A DNA stretch of 64,000 nt. It comes from Parcubacteria group bacterium GW2011_GWC1_36_108. Lineage in GTDB: Bacteria; Patescibacteriota; Minisyncoccia; Moranbacterales; GWC2-37-73. The notes under the pieces are model-generated. The model searched no databases. It was not told the DNA's origin and saw nothing but the letters and a program-made list of their open reading frames with translations. Made by a program: the position numbers and the translations under genes. Location of the stretch: the NCBI GenBank assembly GCA_000991245.1, contig LBRD01000004.1:26235-90234 (forward strand). Direction: 5' to 3'. Below are positions 19,980 to 30,356 of the stretch, piece after piece. How positions within the stretch are numbered: the first letter of the stretch is position 1; each line of letters begins with the position of its first letter.

Positions 19980-21431
19980 CTACTTTTCCAGGTCTAAAAT
20001 TTCATCAATTCTAATCTGCTCAACAAATTCTGGCACATGGGAAACAAGTACCATTGCACCTTCATACTTACTGAGCGCCTCGGCAATAATTGGCAAATGA
20101 CGGAAGTTTATATGATTAGTTGGTTCATCCAAGATCAGCAATCCTGGTTCTTGCAGTACCAAACGTGCAAAAGCCACTAAACCTTTCTGTCCTTCTGAAA
20201 GTGTGCCGACTTTTGAATTCATTATTTTTTTGTCTAGCAAAAATCCAGATGCCACACTTCTAAGTTTGTGTTCATCTGATCCTCCCATCACTCCAGCCAA
20301 AGATTCATAGACCGTGTCATCAAAATTTAATGTTGAAAAATCTTGCCGATAATATCCCACTCGTACACCTTCGGAAATTTTTGCACCAGCAGCTTTTCCA
20401 GCAGCCAATGATTCCAAAAGCGTGCTTTTACCAATACCATTAGGACCAGCTAGCAACAGATGTTGATTTTTTTTGAGTGACACATTGGCATCTTTTGGAT
20501 ATGGATGATGATTTATAATCACAGTAAGTGAAGAAATTTTCAAAAGATCGCCAGAAAGTTCTGGTTGCGAAGGAATTGTAAAAGCTCTGATTGCTTGATC
20601 TTCTTTTCGCACATCAACTTTTGCCTCTTCCATTTCTTCAGCCTTCTCGCGCATCCTGCGAGCCACGAGTCTCATTTTTCCTCCCTTGTTTGCAAAGAAG
20701 TTTGCTTTTTCCTTGTTGGCAATAATCTCTTTTTCATACTGAGCATTTTTCATTTCTTCTTTTTCAATTCGCGCTGCAATTTCAGCCACCACCACATAAT
20801 AATCTCCAAGATATTGATCTACTTTTTTTGTGAACACATCGAGATATAAAACTCCATCAGTAAAAGAATTCAAAAAGTCCGCATCATGAGAAATTACGAT
20901 GCAAGTTTTTTGATATCCAATCAAAAAAGATGTCAGATGTGCAATTCCAGCTTTGTCTAAATTGTTTGTCGGCTCATCTAAAATTAAAAGGTCTGGATTT
21001 TGAATTAAAGCTGAAGCCAAAAGCAAACGCGCCTGTTGTCCTCCAGAAAAGGCTCGGATAATCTTATCATGCGGAGCTTTTAGATTAACTACTTCCAAAA
21101 CTGCATCAATTTTTGGATCAATATTATATATTTTTTCATCAAAACATTTTTCAAAAAATTCTTTGACTGTCAGATCAAGATCTTCGCGAGGAATAACTTG
21201 CTTAGCATAAGCAATCTTAAGACGATCATCTACAAAAATAGAACCGTCATCCTCTTTCAGTTCGCCTGTTATAAGTTTAAAAATAGTGCTTTTGCCAGCG
21301 CCATTTTGTCCCATTAGGGTCATTTTTGTTCCTCTTCGCAGCGAAAAAGAAGCCTCTTCCAAAATTGGTTTGTCGTGTGAATATTCAAAAGAAACTTTAT
21401 TAAATCTAACTGCAACATCATTGTTTGCCAT
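19980..21431 (-). CDS. ABC-F family ATPase
   Basis: Two ABC cassettes (GQNGAGKST/FSGGQ/LDEPTNNLD and GPNGIGKST/LSEGQ/LDEPTNH); no TM segments. Confidence 0.92.
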   Translation of the reverse strand: MANNDVAVRFNKVSFEYSHDKPILEEASFSLRRGTKMTLMGQNGAGKSTIFKLITGELKEDDGSIFVDDRLKIAYAKQVIPREDLDLTVKEFFEKCFDEKIYNIDPKIDAVLEVVNLKAPHDKIIRAFSGGQQARLLLASALIQNPDLLILDEPTNNLDKAGIAHLTSFLIGYQKTCIVISHDADFLNSFTDGVLYLDVFTKKVDQYLGDYYVVVAEIAARIEKEEMKNAQYEKEIIANKEKANFFANKGGKMRLVARRMREKAEEMEEAKVDVRKEDQAIRAFTIPSQPELSGDLLKISSLTVIINHHPYPKDANVSLKKNQHLLLAGPNGIGKSTLLESLAAGKAAGAKISEGVRVGYYRQDFSTLNFDDTVYESLAGVMGGSDEHKLRSVASGFLLDKKIMNSKVGTLSEGQKGLVAFARLVLQEPGLLILDEPTNHINFRHLPIIAEALSKYEGAMVLVSHVPEFVEQIRIDEILDLEK

Positions 21432-21613
21432 ATTTTTGATTCTAGTTTCTAGGTTCTAGGTTTTAGGTTTTAGTTTTTTTAAAAAATGCTTAAATACACT
21501 GAGCTCATATTCTAGCGCATATTTTTAAAAAAGCCAAGTCCTTGTGCCTTTACTTTTTATAAAATCATATTATACTAAGCAAAGTTCATTATCCCAGCAA
21601 AAAGGAGCTACAA

Positions 21614-22264
21614 ATGGCCCAGACCAAAAAAGTACCCAAGAAAAGTATTAGCGCAATAATTTTCGCACTTAAGGGTAAGCTTTTGACGGCAATTTGGACA
21701 ATATTAACTATAAGGAATCTAATGATTATCATTTGCATTCTCACGGTTACTATCGGCGTTCATTTTTTCAATAAACAACTGTTAACAGAAAAAATTAAAA
21801 GAGTAAATGACCACGTCCAAAAGAAAAAAATTGCTGAAGCCAAAAAAACAATGCACCGCGTTCTTAAAAGTTCCTTGCGCGGAAACACTGACACAAGTCT
21901 TTGGTTAAAAACCAAAATGCAATTTAGCATCAACAAAGAACTTGCCGTTCCAGATGCAGAGGACTCTGAAAATTTTTATTTCGGAGCGGAAAGATTTCTA
22001 GAGTATTACGAATATAGCATTTATGACGTTTACGGAAGTGAACTCTTGCTGCGACCACCGCCAAAATCAAACAAACCCGACTCCAAGGAGTCGGGTTTAA
22101 TTTTTTATCTCAAAAAAACGTTATTCAATAATAACAAATTTTTCTTTTGGCGCGCCGCATACTGGACAAACTTCAGGAGCTTCGCCCAATTCCAATTGAC
22201 CGCAAACTTGGCAGACAAAATATTTTTGCTCAGCAAGGTCTTGTCCAGCTTCAATTTCACTTAG
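21614..22264 (+). CDS. Hypothetical membrane protein (3' end doubtful, overlaps rubrerythrin)
   Basis: SD AAGGAG and TM segment; ORF runs through a terminator at ~22074-22097. Confidence 0.5.
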   Translation: MAQTKKVPKKSISAIIFALKGKLLTAIWTILTIRNLMIIICILTVTIGVHFFNKQLLTEKIKRVNDHVQKKKIAEAKKTMHRVLKSSLRGNTDTSLWLKTKMQFSINKELAVPDAEDSENFYFGAERFLEYYEYSIYDVYGSELLLRPPPKSNKPDSKESGLIFYLKKTLFNNNKFFFWRAAYWTNFRSFAQFQLTANLADKIFLLSKVLSSFNFT

Positions 22265-22624
22265 AGCTGAAACGAATTCCTTTTGATGCTTTTTTTCAAC
22301 TTCATTAGCCCAAGTAAATCCTTTCTCAGAAATTTTTTCTCCATCATTTTGAGCGTCGCTAATGAATTCGGGATACATTGTTTCAATTTCATATGTTTCG
22401 CCAGCAATTGCGCTTTTCACATTTTCAACCGAGTTTTTGATTTCGCCCAGATTGTCCAAATGTTTCAAGGCATGAATTGTTTCGCCTTCAGCTACGGCGC
22501 GAAAAAGTTTAGCCAGATTATTTTTTCCTTCTTTTTCTGCAGCTTTAGCAAAAGCCAGATATTTTCGATTAGCTTGCGATTCTCCTGCAAAAGCAGCTTT
22601 CAAGTCTTCTTGTGTTTTAGACAT
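22121..22624 (-). CDS. rbr: Rubrerythrin
   Basis: AFAGESQANRKY, ETIHA, EKKH, C-terminal CQVCG...CPVCG. Confidence 0.95.
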   Translation of the reverse strand: MSKTQEDLKAAFAGESQANRKYLAFAKAAEKEGKNNLAKLFRAVAEGETIHALKHLDNLGEIKNSVENVKSAIAGETYEIETMYPEFISDAQNDGEKISEKGFTWANEVEKKHQKEFVSALSEIEAGQDLAEQKYFVCQVCGQLELGEAPEVCPVCGAPKEKFVIIE

Positions 22625-22679
22625 ATGTTTTTTAAATTAATTAATTATTTTTTAATTATATCTTAAATGACAACTTTCT

Positions 22680-23891
22680 CTAAGTCCCAGTTTTATTTGA
22701 AGAAATTTCAGAAATAGTGCTGTTTATGCTTTTTCCTGCCAAAATATTATTAATTGCATCTTCATCTTTGCAAGAATACGAATTGTCAGGAGAATAAAAT
22801 TTCTTTTTAGGACCGCGACAACCGCCATTATCTTTATAAAGTACTCCGAAATATGGCATCATAAAACCCATTTTTTGTGCAGAGAATTTTTTGTATAAAG
22901 AATCCAACGTCTGCGCTCTTTTTTCTTGATCCATTCGAGCAAAAATATCCAAATCATCGCTAGGAATTCCAGTCCAATCAAGATGAAGCAAAACGTTTTT
23001 TGCTTTAGTTGAAAAATTCTTGTGCCACAAAAGCGCCCAACAATTCCCCCTGCCAGAATAACAAGGGCCATCTTCAACACTGCCATCTTCAGCAAGCCCA
23101 ACACCTCCTTCAATATAATCGAAGAGTTTCAAATAGTTTTCATCTGAAATAGAACCGGTTTGCGCGCCAATAACAATGTCGACATCTTTTTCCTTTGCAT
23201 ATGCTCTCATCTTGGAAACAATCTTGGGAGCATAATCTTTTTTTGCATCTTCCTGCATATAGATTTGGCCGAATGTAAAACTTTGCACCCCAGCATCAAT
23301 AGCTTTTTGCGTTATATATTGAATATAATCTCGATATTCTTGACTGGCAAAATTTGGCTTGCAAGTTCCCTCTCCCCAAACATTTTCGCTTCCCTCTCGA
23401 CACATATCCCGAAAAGAAAACTCTTCATTTTTAAGTTCGTTGAAATAATGCGCTCTGAAATTTATTGCCTCAGCAATAAACATCCCATATACTAAATCTT
23501 TTTTTTCAATTTGATTCATCACATATCCTACTGTTTCGAAATCAGGAGGTTTTAACCATGTTTCAATTGCGCGATGCAGATAATAACAATTTGATCTATT
23601 GATAAGGGCAACAAAATTTTCATTTTCCGGATTATATTCAGACAAAAGACCATCAGCCACACAACCTTGAGCCTTAAGTTTTTCCATCGATACGGGCTGC
23701 GGTTTTGGACGTTTGGCAATATTAACAGGCAGGGTTTTATGTTGTTTCTTGGTGGCAACCACTATCTCAGGTTCTTCAAATTTAATATTTTTTGTGTATA
23801 AAACAAAATTTGCACCAGCGAAAAAAGCCACTGTTGCAATAATAGCAACCGCATAAGAAGTTTTTATCTCCTGTTTTAAGTTTATTTTCAT
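22680..23891 (-). CDS. Membrane-anchored hypothetical protein
   Basis: 403 aa, N-terminal TM segment, Cys/aromatic-rich globular domain. Confidence 0.8.
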   Translation of the reverse strand: MKINLKQEIKTSYAVAIIATVAFFAGANFVLYTKNIKFEEPEIVVATKKQHKTLPVNIAKRPKPQPVSMEKLKAQGCVADGLLSEYNPENENFVALINRSNCYYLHRAIETWLKPPDFETVGYVMNQIEKKDLVYGMFIAEAINFRAHYFNELKNEEFSFRDMCREGSENVWGEGTCKPNFASQEYRDYIQYITQKAIDAGVQSFTFGQIYMQEDAKKDYAPKIVSKMRAYAKEKDVDIVIGAQTGSISDENYLKLFDYIEGGVGLAEDGSVEDGPCYSGRGNCWALLWHKNFSTKAKNVLLHLDWTGIPSDDLDIFARMDQEKRAQTLDSLYKKFSAQKMGFMMPYFGVLYKDNGGCRGPKKKFYSPDNSYSCKDEDAINNILAGKSINSTISEISSNKTGT

Positions 23892-23957
23892 TTTTTTGCA
23901 TTTACTTTTAGCAATGCAAATATTAATACGCTTAATACAAGAATGTATTGCAAAATA

Positions 23958-24905
23958 TTAAGCAACTTTAACCATAAATCTCACAATGTCCTCCACCACG
24001 TTTCTTGTCCTGCCGTGCGTTGGGTTGTAATGAATGTATAAGTCTGGTTTTCCGTTTATTTCAATAATATGAAAAGATTGCTCAACTGGTTTCTTTGAAA
24101 TGTCATCGCACATCACATCAATGCCGACAAGATATTTTCCTACCACCTTGGATGCCGCCACGCAAATTTTTTCAATATCAGGATGCACACTGTCGGTCAC
24201 ATCTCTCGTTTCTCCACCTTCCGCCAAACAAGAACTTTTTTTAATATACGCTATTTCATTTTTTGTCATCACACTTTCCAAAGTAAAATTTTGTTCCTTT
24301 AAAATCTGAATCAATTTTTCATCAAACTCTGTTCTTTTTTCAGTTAAGTCTTGTTTTTCTTCAATAATTTTACGCAAAGTGGAAACTCCGTCGCCAACGG
24401 CATATGGAGGAATCATCTCAAGCGCTCCGATGACTTTTTCATCCAACACAAGCAGCCTATATTCTTTTCCGAAAACCATTTCTTGTGCAATCATACTTCG
24501 ATAATGCGGCAATTCTTCTTCCAGCAAAATCATTGCATCGCGCAAATTTCCAATAAGAGGAAAGATCCCCCTACTATTGGAACCTTGAGCATCTTTCAAG
24601 ATAATTGGATATTTCAAGTTATTCAATTGCTTTTCAGCTTCTTGTTTAATAAAACTTTTTTTGTAAAAACATTCACTCTGAGGAGATGGCAGATTGTGAG
24701 CAAGCAAAAGTTTATGTGTAATATCCTTACATCTCGTCAATTGTCCACTAACAAAGGATTGGCGTGTAATAGAAATTTTACGCTCGAGTAAAATACGTTT
24801 ACCCAAAACGTTAATATAAAAACAGCCCCTTTCAGGGACAAATTCTTCAATAGTACCGCCCATATTCAAAATAGCATTTTTGATGATCAGTGGATTTTTT
24901 TTCAT
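23958..24905 (-). CDS. ATP-grasp ligase resembling the ATP-grasp part of cyanophycin synthetase/GshAB
   Basis: CKDITHKLL, YPIILKD.QG, GKEYRLLV, VGDGVST, GIDVM, IIEINGKP; no MurE-like domain. Confidence 0.85.
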   Translation of the reverse strand: MKKNPLIIKNAILNMGGTIEEFVPERGCFYINVLGKRILLERKISITRQSFVSGQLTRCKDITHKLLLAHNLPSPQSECFYKKSFIKQEAEKQLNNLKYPIILKDAQGSNSRGIFPLIGNLRDAMILLEEELPHYRSMIAQEMVFGKEYRLLVLDEKVIGALEMIPPYAVGDGVSTLRKIIEEKQDLTEKRTEFDEKLIQILKEQNFTLESVMTKNEIAYIKKSSCLAEGGETRDVTDSVHPDIEKICVAASKVVGKYLVGIDVMCDDISKKPVEQSFHIIEINGKPDLYIHYNPTHGRTRNVVEDIVRFMVKVA

Positions 24906-24974
24906 TTGCTTGTTATTTTAAAAATTTTCTATTCCAAAGATATTAATAATACAATATTTTTCAAAAAATGTCAA

Positions 24975-25074
24975 CCTCGTTAGAAATTTCCCATTTATTG
25001 CCAAATATAAATACACTATTTATCTATAAAATATTGCTAACAATTAGAAACTGCTTTTGAAATTTCTAACGGGG
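24975..25074. mobile_element. MITE-like element, family D
   Basis: TIRs CCTCGTTAGAAATTTC / GAAATTTCTAACGGGG flanked by TCAA direct repeats. Confidence 0.75.
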
Positions 25075-25126
25075 TCAACTTTAAACTGATAAAAAAGAGC
25101 TCCGAAGAGCTCTTTTAAAATCTTTT

Positions 25127-27316
25127 TCATTCTCCTGCCCTGTCCTTAAGGATAAGGTACTGTTTGTATATTCGGTATTTCCTGTAAAGATTGAAGTCTG
25201 CTTGAGTTTTTTTGTCTAGCTTAGCAATGGCCCTACTTCCTGCTACTCTATATGTTGCGTAAAGCTTTTTCAATCTTTCAAATTCGCCGGCATCTATTTT
25301 TTTAATTTTTTTGATTTGAGCGTAAGGCTTCCTTGCTACTGCCAAATTATGGGTTCTTTTGTATTTTTTATATATTCTCCAGTTTTTTCCGTGACTTTCT
25401 TTAGCAGTTATTACGGCTGCATCAGAAGGAACACTTTCTCCCGCAGAAAATTTTGTTGCGTGGGTGGTTTGAAAAGAACACACTCCACTGCTAACAGTAC
25501 AGGTTGTTTCTAGATTCCAAGAAGAATCACCATCAAATTGATAATATACATTAAGGGTTAGTCCGTTGTATTGCGCTCCAACTGGAATGGTTACGGTTAC
25601 AGGAGTTGAGAAAGTAAGGCGAATGTTTGGTACTCCTATTTTTACCGCACCAAAAGCATCATTGGTAAGCTCACTGTTTAAACTTAGGGTGATGTCCTGC
25701 GTTGTTAGTTGAGTCAGATCTAAATTTCCTCCACCCGTTTTAGTTATTATTGTGCCAGCTGGAAAAAATACTAAGGCAGCTCCGGATTGTAGAGTGTAAT
25801 CAACGTTAAAAGTTGCATTTGCTGTGTTTGTTGGATCAATGCCAGCAATAGAGATATGTCCGTTTAGGGCAGCTGCTGCCATTTTTTCTATGTTTGGGTC
25901 GATAATTGTCGCAGATTTATCAAACACATACGATTGTGTCATTATTGTTCCCTTGTTTTCAGTCGTATCATAAGAAACAGCTTTCAAAACTTTTGTTTGT
26001 CCATCATCACCATCAATAACTATTGGTCCAGTTACTTGATCGCTTGTATTGTCTGGTTCTGTTCCATCAATTGTGTAATATATTGTTGGAATAACATCAT
26101 CGCCAACTGGTGGAATTAAGGTAATAGTTTGAGCAGAAAAATATGTTCCACTTTCAACGTTTGCTATTGGTGCATCTGGACCGATTGTGTCTGGAATTGG
26201 CAGCGTCGTAAACGAAACTTCTTCACCATAACCAATTCCTGCCCCGCCACTAGCATAAGCTTGCACATAATAAATCGTATCAGGACTAAGCCCTGCCATT
26301 GGGCAGGAAAAAGCTCCTTCAACGCCCATTCCTAAATTACAAGAACCGGTATAATTTCCTGATTCCGTTCCCCAAGAAATAGTCCTGGATGGGATAAACG
26401 GATTTCCTCTAAAAGTCATATCCCCATTTGCAGTCGCTGATGTTTGAGTAATATCAGAAACCGCATTTGTAACAACTATTGGAGGAGCTGGAACTGCTTC
26501 TGTAGTGAATGAAAGGATTTCTCCATAAGATGATCCTGCACTATTATACGCGTAGGCCTGAAAATAATAAGTTGTGTCAGGCGTGAGACCCGTCATTTCA
26601 GCAGAATACACACCCGCAGGACCTGTACCAGGAGGACCATCCGTGTTCCACAGATTTGCTTCAATTGGTTCATTAACCCATTGGTGGATAAGTCTTGTAG
26701 TATTCTCTCCTCCAGAATCTAAAAGTTCAGCATTAACCATAGCTGATGTTTGTGTCACATCTGAAGCTGCAACAGTAGCAACGGTAGGCGCTAAAACGAC
26801 AAATGAATTATCAATAAACATCTCAAGTTCTGAAACACCAACTGATGAGAACTCATTGGCAATAGCCGTAATATGTAATTTATAAAAAAAATAATTTTCT
26901 GGAGTAGCAACTACAAATTCTTGAAGTTGAAAATCACTGAAAACAACATCACTTCTGGAATCAAGAACTACCCAATCAGCTCCATTAATACTACCTTGAA
27001 ATTCCCAACTCTTAGGAGCCATATTGGCAGCATTTCCATTACTCGTGATAGCATATTTAGCAACTCTTACTGGATTACTATCAGTAAATTGATATCCCAC
27101 CCATTGCGGTAGCCCAGGATCTGCAATCCAAGTAGACACAGTATGATCAAAGGCTGATACCATACTTCCAAGTCCTGTGCTTACTGTTATCACTCCAGAA
27201 GGAAGAAGATTGGTAGTCATTGCTGGAATTATGTTAGCAGAGTATTCTGCTTTAACAATCCCCGCTGAAAAAAACAGAGCAAAACCAATTAACATCAATA
27301 ACAATTTGATTTTCAT
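25127..27316 (-). CDS. Secreted multidomain surface protein (discoidin/F5-8C-like, 2 FN3-like, Fn3-associated, basic C-terminus)
   Basis: Signal peptide, PKSWEFQGS..G..W, GLTPDTTYY and GLSPDTIYY, IYYTIDGTEP, K/Y/R-rich tail. Confidence 0.82.
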   Translation of the reverse strand: MKIKLLLMLIGFALFFSAGIVKAEYSANIIPAMTTNLLPSGVITVSTGLGSMVSAFDHTVSTWIADPGLPQWVGYQFTDSNPVRVAKYAITSNGNAANMAPKSWEFQGSINGADWVVLDSRSDVVFSDFQLQEFVVATPENYFFYKLHITAIANEFSSVGVSELEMFIDNSFVVLAPTVATVAASDVTQTSAMVNAELLDSGGENTTRLIHQWVNEPIEANLWNTDGPPGTGPAGVYSAEMTGLTPDTTYYFQAYAYNSAGSSYGEILSFTTEAVPAPPIVVTNAVSDITQTSATANGDMTFRGNPFIPSRTISWGTESGNYTGSCNLGMGVEGAFSCPMAGLSPDTIYYVQAYASGGAGIGYGEEVSFTTLPIPDTIGPDAPIANVESGTYFSAQTITLIPPVGDDVIPTIYYTIDGTEPDNTSDQVTGPIVIDGDDGQTKVLKAVSYDTTENKGTIMTQSYVFDKSATIIDPNIEKMAAAALNGHISIAGIDPTNTANATFNVDYTLQSGAALVFFPAGTIITKTGGGNLDLTQLTTQDITLSLNSELTNDAFGAVKIGVPNIRLTFSTPVTVTIPVGAQYNGLTLNVYYQFDGDSSWNLETTCTVSSGVCSFQTTHATKFSAGESVPSDAAVITAKESHGKNWRIYKKYKRTHNLAVARKPYAQIKKIKKIDAGEFERLKKLYATYRVAGSRAIAKLDKKTQADFNLYRKYRIYKQYLILKDRAGE

Positions 27317-27564
27317 TTTTTTATTTTAAAATATTTAAAAGTATTCTTATATTATACAGTCTTTATATTTTTCTGAATAATCAATAAGAATTGTTTAATA
27401 ACTTAAAAAGCTCCAAAAATAACTATGACAATGGGGCAAAAACTACAGCAGCACTTAAGAAATTATTTTAAGGCTATTGCACAGTTAACTTTCTTCTACA
27501 ATTCAACATTTGCAGAGTGGGATTGTTGTGGCATACTAAAAGCATAATAAATATTTACAAATCT

Positions 27565-28026
27565 ATGAACAATAAACCCGTAATTATCCTATTTAAAGAA
27601 AATGAAATTAACATTGCAGCACTTTATTCACTCTACGCTCAAAAGATACCCGAAAAAAGAACCTTTTGGGAAAAGCTTTCCAATGAAGAAATACGCCATG
27701 CTGCAGAGATTGGTAACGAAAAAGAACAAACTGATGCGATTATTGAAAACAAATTTTCAAGAATAATCATAAATACAGTCATCACTTTCGTTCTTGAAGA
27801 AACTACCAAGGCCCAACAAAAAAACATTAGTCACCGTGAGGCGCTAAAGACAGCCCTGCGCATTGAACAATCCATGCTTGAAAAAAAATGTTTCGAAATA
27901 TTCAAACCTACTAACAAAAAATTAAAGGATGTTTTTTGCAAAATGAATAAAGAAACTGAGCGTCATGTAGAAATGCTGCACGAAGAAATGAAGCGAGCCA
28001 ATCTAACGTTTAATGATCTTGCATAA
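27565..28026 (+). CDS. Ferritin-like/rubrerythrin-fold protein
   Basis: E..IAALY, EEIRHA, ALRIEQ, ETERH di-iron-type pattern. Confidence 0.7.
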   Translation: MNNKPVIILFKENEINIAALYSLYAQKIPEKRTFWEKLSNEEIRHAAEIGNEKEQTDAIIENKFSRIIINTVITFVLEETTKAQQKNISHREALKTALRIEQSMLEKKCFEIFKPTNKKLKDVFCKMNKETERHVEMLHEEMKRANLTFNDLA

Positions 28027-28109
28027 TAATTTGAAACGATCCACGTCAAAACATTTTTAAAAAACGAAACTCACTAAAAGGTTTCGTTTTTAATTTAATA
28101 TTTCAAAAT

Positions 28110-28514
28110 TTACATTTCTTTAGAAGGTTGAAGAATGCTTGCTCTGTTACCCTCCGTATCTTGAAAACTAACATATAAACCAACTCCGGGTATATCATCA
28201 GGTTTGCCTAAAATCTTTCCACCCAGTTGTTCAATTTTTTTCATGGATTCGTTAATATCATCCACTGAAATTACAACTGAAGGACACTGACCCATTTCAT
28301 CCTTTGGTTTCTCATAAAAACCTCCGTTTATCATGCCGACGTCTTTAGGTCGTTTATTGGGACCTTCTTCTGATGTCATAACCACAACATAATTTCCCAT
28401 ATCTTCGCCTAGCATATTATATTCCCAACCAAAAGATTTGGCGTAGAAATCTGCCATGCGATTTTTATCAACATAGGGCATTTCAAAATGCACCACCGGA
28501 TTTATTTTTTTCAT
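28110..28514 (-). CDS. VOC/glyoxalase family protein
   Basis: VVHFE, INGG, VDDI, GGKIL, FQDTEGN. Confidence 0.9.
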   Translation of the reverse strand: MKKINPVVHFEMPYVDKNRMADFYAKSFGWEYNMLGEDMGNYVVVMTSEEGPNKRPKDVGMINGGFYEKPKDEMGQCPSVVISVDDINESMKKIEQLGGKILGKPDDIPGVGLYVSFQDTEGNRASILQPSKEM

Positions 28515-28594
28515 ATAATTTTGTATTAATGATTATTTTATTTAATACCAAAAAACCACGAGGATATTTCGTGTTTTTTTATCTAAACTATTTT

Positions 28595-28972
28595 TTAAAG
28601 ATTAACAATCGTTTTAAATCCGCCATAAGCCATGCGCTTCATATCGAAAGGCATAGGCATGTTTGCATATTTCGGATCATTCATCGCAGGATCTTTCATT
28701 ACCAACGCGTTAACCTTGTCGCGATGAGCCTTAGATTTAAAAACTGCAAAAGAAAACACAACAGTTTCCCCCTTTTTTATTTTAACCATTTGAGGAAATT
28801 TTAAAATTTTCATGCCCATCATATTGGGATTAAGATCATCTCCAACACATTCCATATAATCAAGCGCGCCATATTTTTTCATCAACTTAGCCATTGGCAA
28901 TGCCATTTTTTTATATTCTGACAACTTTTTTATTGAGACTGGCAAAACATACCCATCAACATATTTACTCAT
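28595..28972 (-). CDS. DUF1428 (YbaA-like) protein
   Basis: YVDGYVLPV, ETVVFS, HRD.VN, MPFDMKRMAYGGF. Confidence 0.9.
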   Translation of the reverse strand: MSKYVDGYVLPVSIKKLSEYKKMALPMAKLMKKYGALDYMECVGDDLNPNMMGMKILKFPQMVKIKKGETVVFSFAVFKSKAHRDKVNALVMKDPAMNDPKYANMPMPFDMKRMAYGGFKTIVNL

Positions 28973-29121
28973 ATATTTATGTTAAATTAAAAATAAAAGG
29001 TCTTTATTTGTTGTTTTTATAATACAAAAAACCACTAAAGAAATTTCGCAACTACATCTTTTATTTTCTTACACACCCTTAAAATTACACTTTGTATAAT
29101 AAAAAAATATTTTTTATAATC

Positions 29122-29394
29122 TTATTTATATTTAAGTAAACGAAAAACTCCCTTGGACGGCTTATAGACCTCATCTGGAAATTTTTGAACAAGCTTCCAA
29201 ACACATCCATTAATCGTTTTAGAATGAAAACTAGAGTCTGAATTCTTAATTTTCAAGAGCAATTCTGACCAACGTAAACCCTCTGAATGTTGATCAAGCA
29301 GTTCAAGTGCTGTTGTATTTATTCTTCCTGTAATCGTGAAATTATTCATACCTTCAAAGTTATTCATTATTAAATCACTTTTAAATTTATACAC
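29122..29394 (-). CDS. Small hypothetical protein (winged-helix-like); start probably 29367
   Basis: ALELL...EGLRWSEL...VYKPSKGVFRLLKY. Confidence 0.65.
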   Translation of the reverse strand: MYKFKSDLIMNNFEGMNNFTITGRINTTALELLDQHSEGLRWSELLLKIKNSDSSFHSKTINGCVWKLVQKFPDEVYKPSKGVFRLLKYK

Positions 29395-29579
29395 CTAAAA
29401 TTCCAATATCTTACTTGAATACAAAAAATAACCCTATAAATAAAGGTTATCGTTGTGTTCCCTATGCTTAACAAGCTTAAAACTTTTGAGTGGGGTGAGT
29501 TTCAAAAATTATTCAGCTAATTTTAGCAAAATTGGATATGAAAAACCGACCAAAATGGAAGGTTTTCCACTGGTCGGCT

Positions 29580-29999
29580 TTATTGTACAATTACTGCCTT
29601 AATTATTTCTTCTGCCCTTGCTTCAAACAAATCGGTTCTAGTTTTAATGGTGAATGCATGATACAACTTGTTAGCATAGCGGTTCAGCCAATCCTCACTG
29701 GTTCCTATTTTTAGTAAATGCTTAAATACAACTGCGGCCTTTTCTTCATCTTTTTCTGAAAAATAGAGACAAGCCAGCTCAGAGAATGTGGCTGCTTTTT
29801 CTCTCATCTTATCAAGAGCCTTGCTTTTTACTTCTTCATCCTTGGCATAGTATGCAAAAGAAAAAACACTACACCAACCATCGAAAGTAAACCTCTCCTC
29901 AGTTTCTTGCTTGAGCGACTCTCCGAGCAAAAAATACGTGTTTCCTGCGCCAATCTTTTCAATCACTGCCTCCACTGGGAGGTTCTTTTTTTCTACCAT
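29580..29999 (-). CDS. Hypothetical protein
   Basis: 139-aa ORF with SD AAGGAG. Confidence 0.7.
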   Translation of the reverse strand: MVEKKNLPVEAVIEKIGAGNTYFLLGESLKQETEERFTFDGWCSVFSFAYYAKDEEVKSKALDKMREKAATFSELACLYFSEKDEEKAAVVFKHLLKIGTSEDWLNRYANKLYHAFTIKTRTDLFEARAEEIIKAVIVQ

Positions 30000-30168
30000 G
30001 GTATTATCTCCTTTTACTGCGCTGGTTTATGTCACAATCTCCGATTGCGATCATTTTTTAAAAAACATATCTAGGCAATCTACAGCAAAACAGTTTGAAT
30101 GTCAATAAAAATCGCCTATTAGTTCTTAATAATAAAAAACAAGGCTTGTTACAGCCTTGTTTTACTTG

Positions 30169-30240
30169 CTCCGGCGGTAGGATTCGAACCTACGACCAAT
30201 TGATTAACAGTCAACTGCGCTACCGCTGCGCTACGCCGGA
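30169..30240 (-). tRNA. tRNA-Asn (GTT)
   Basis: TCCGGCGTAGCGCAGCGGTAGCGCAGTTGACTGTTAATCAATTGGTCGTAGGTTCGAATCCTACCGCCGGAG cloverleaf; CCA not encoded. Confidence 0.96.
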
Positions 30241-30356
30241 ATATATTAGAAATAATGCCTTTTCAAGGCAACAAAAATAGTATAACAAATAAAAAATATC
30301 CTGACAAGGGTTCAATAAGCCCCCTTTCGGGGGCATTATTGAAAATTATCTTTTCC

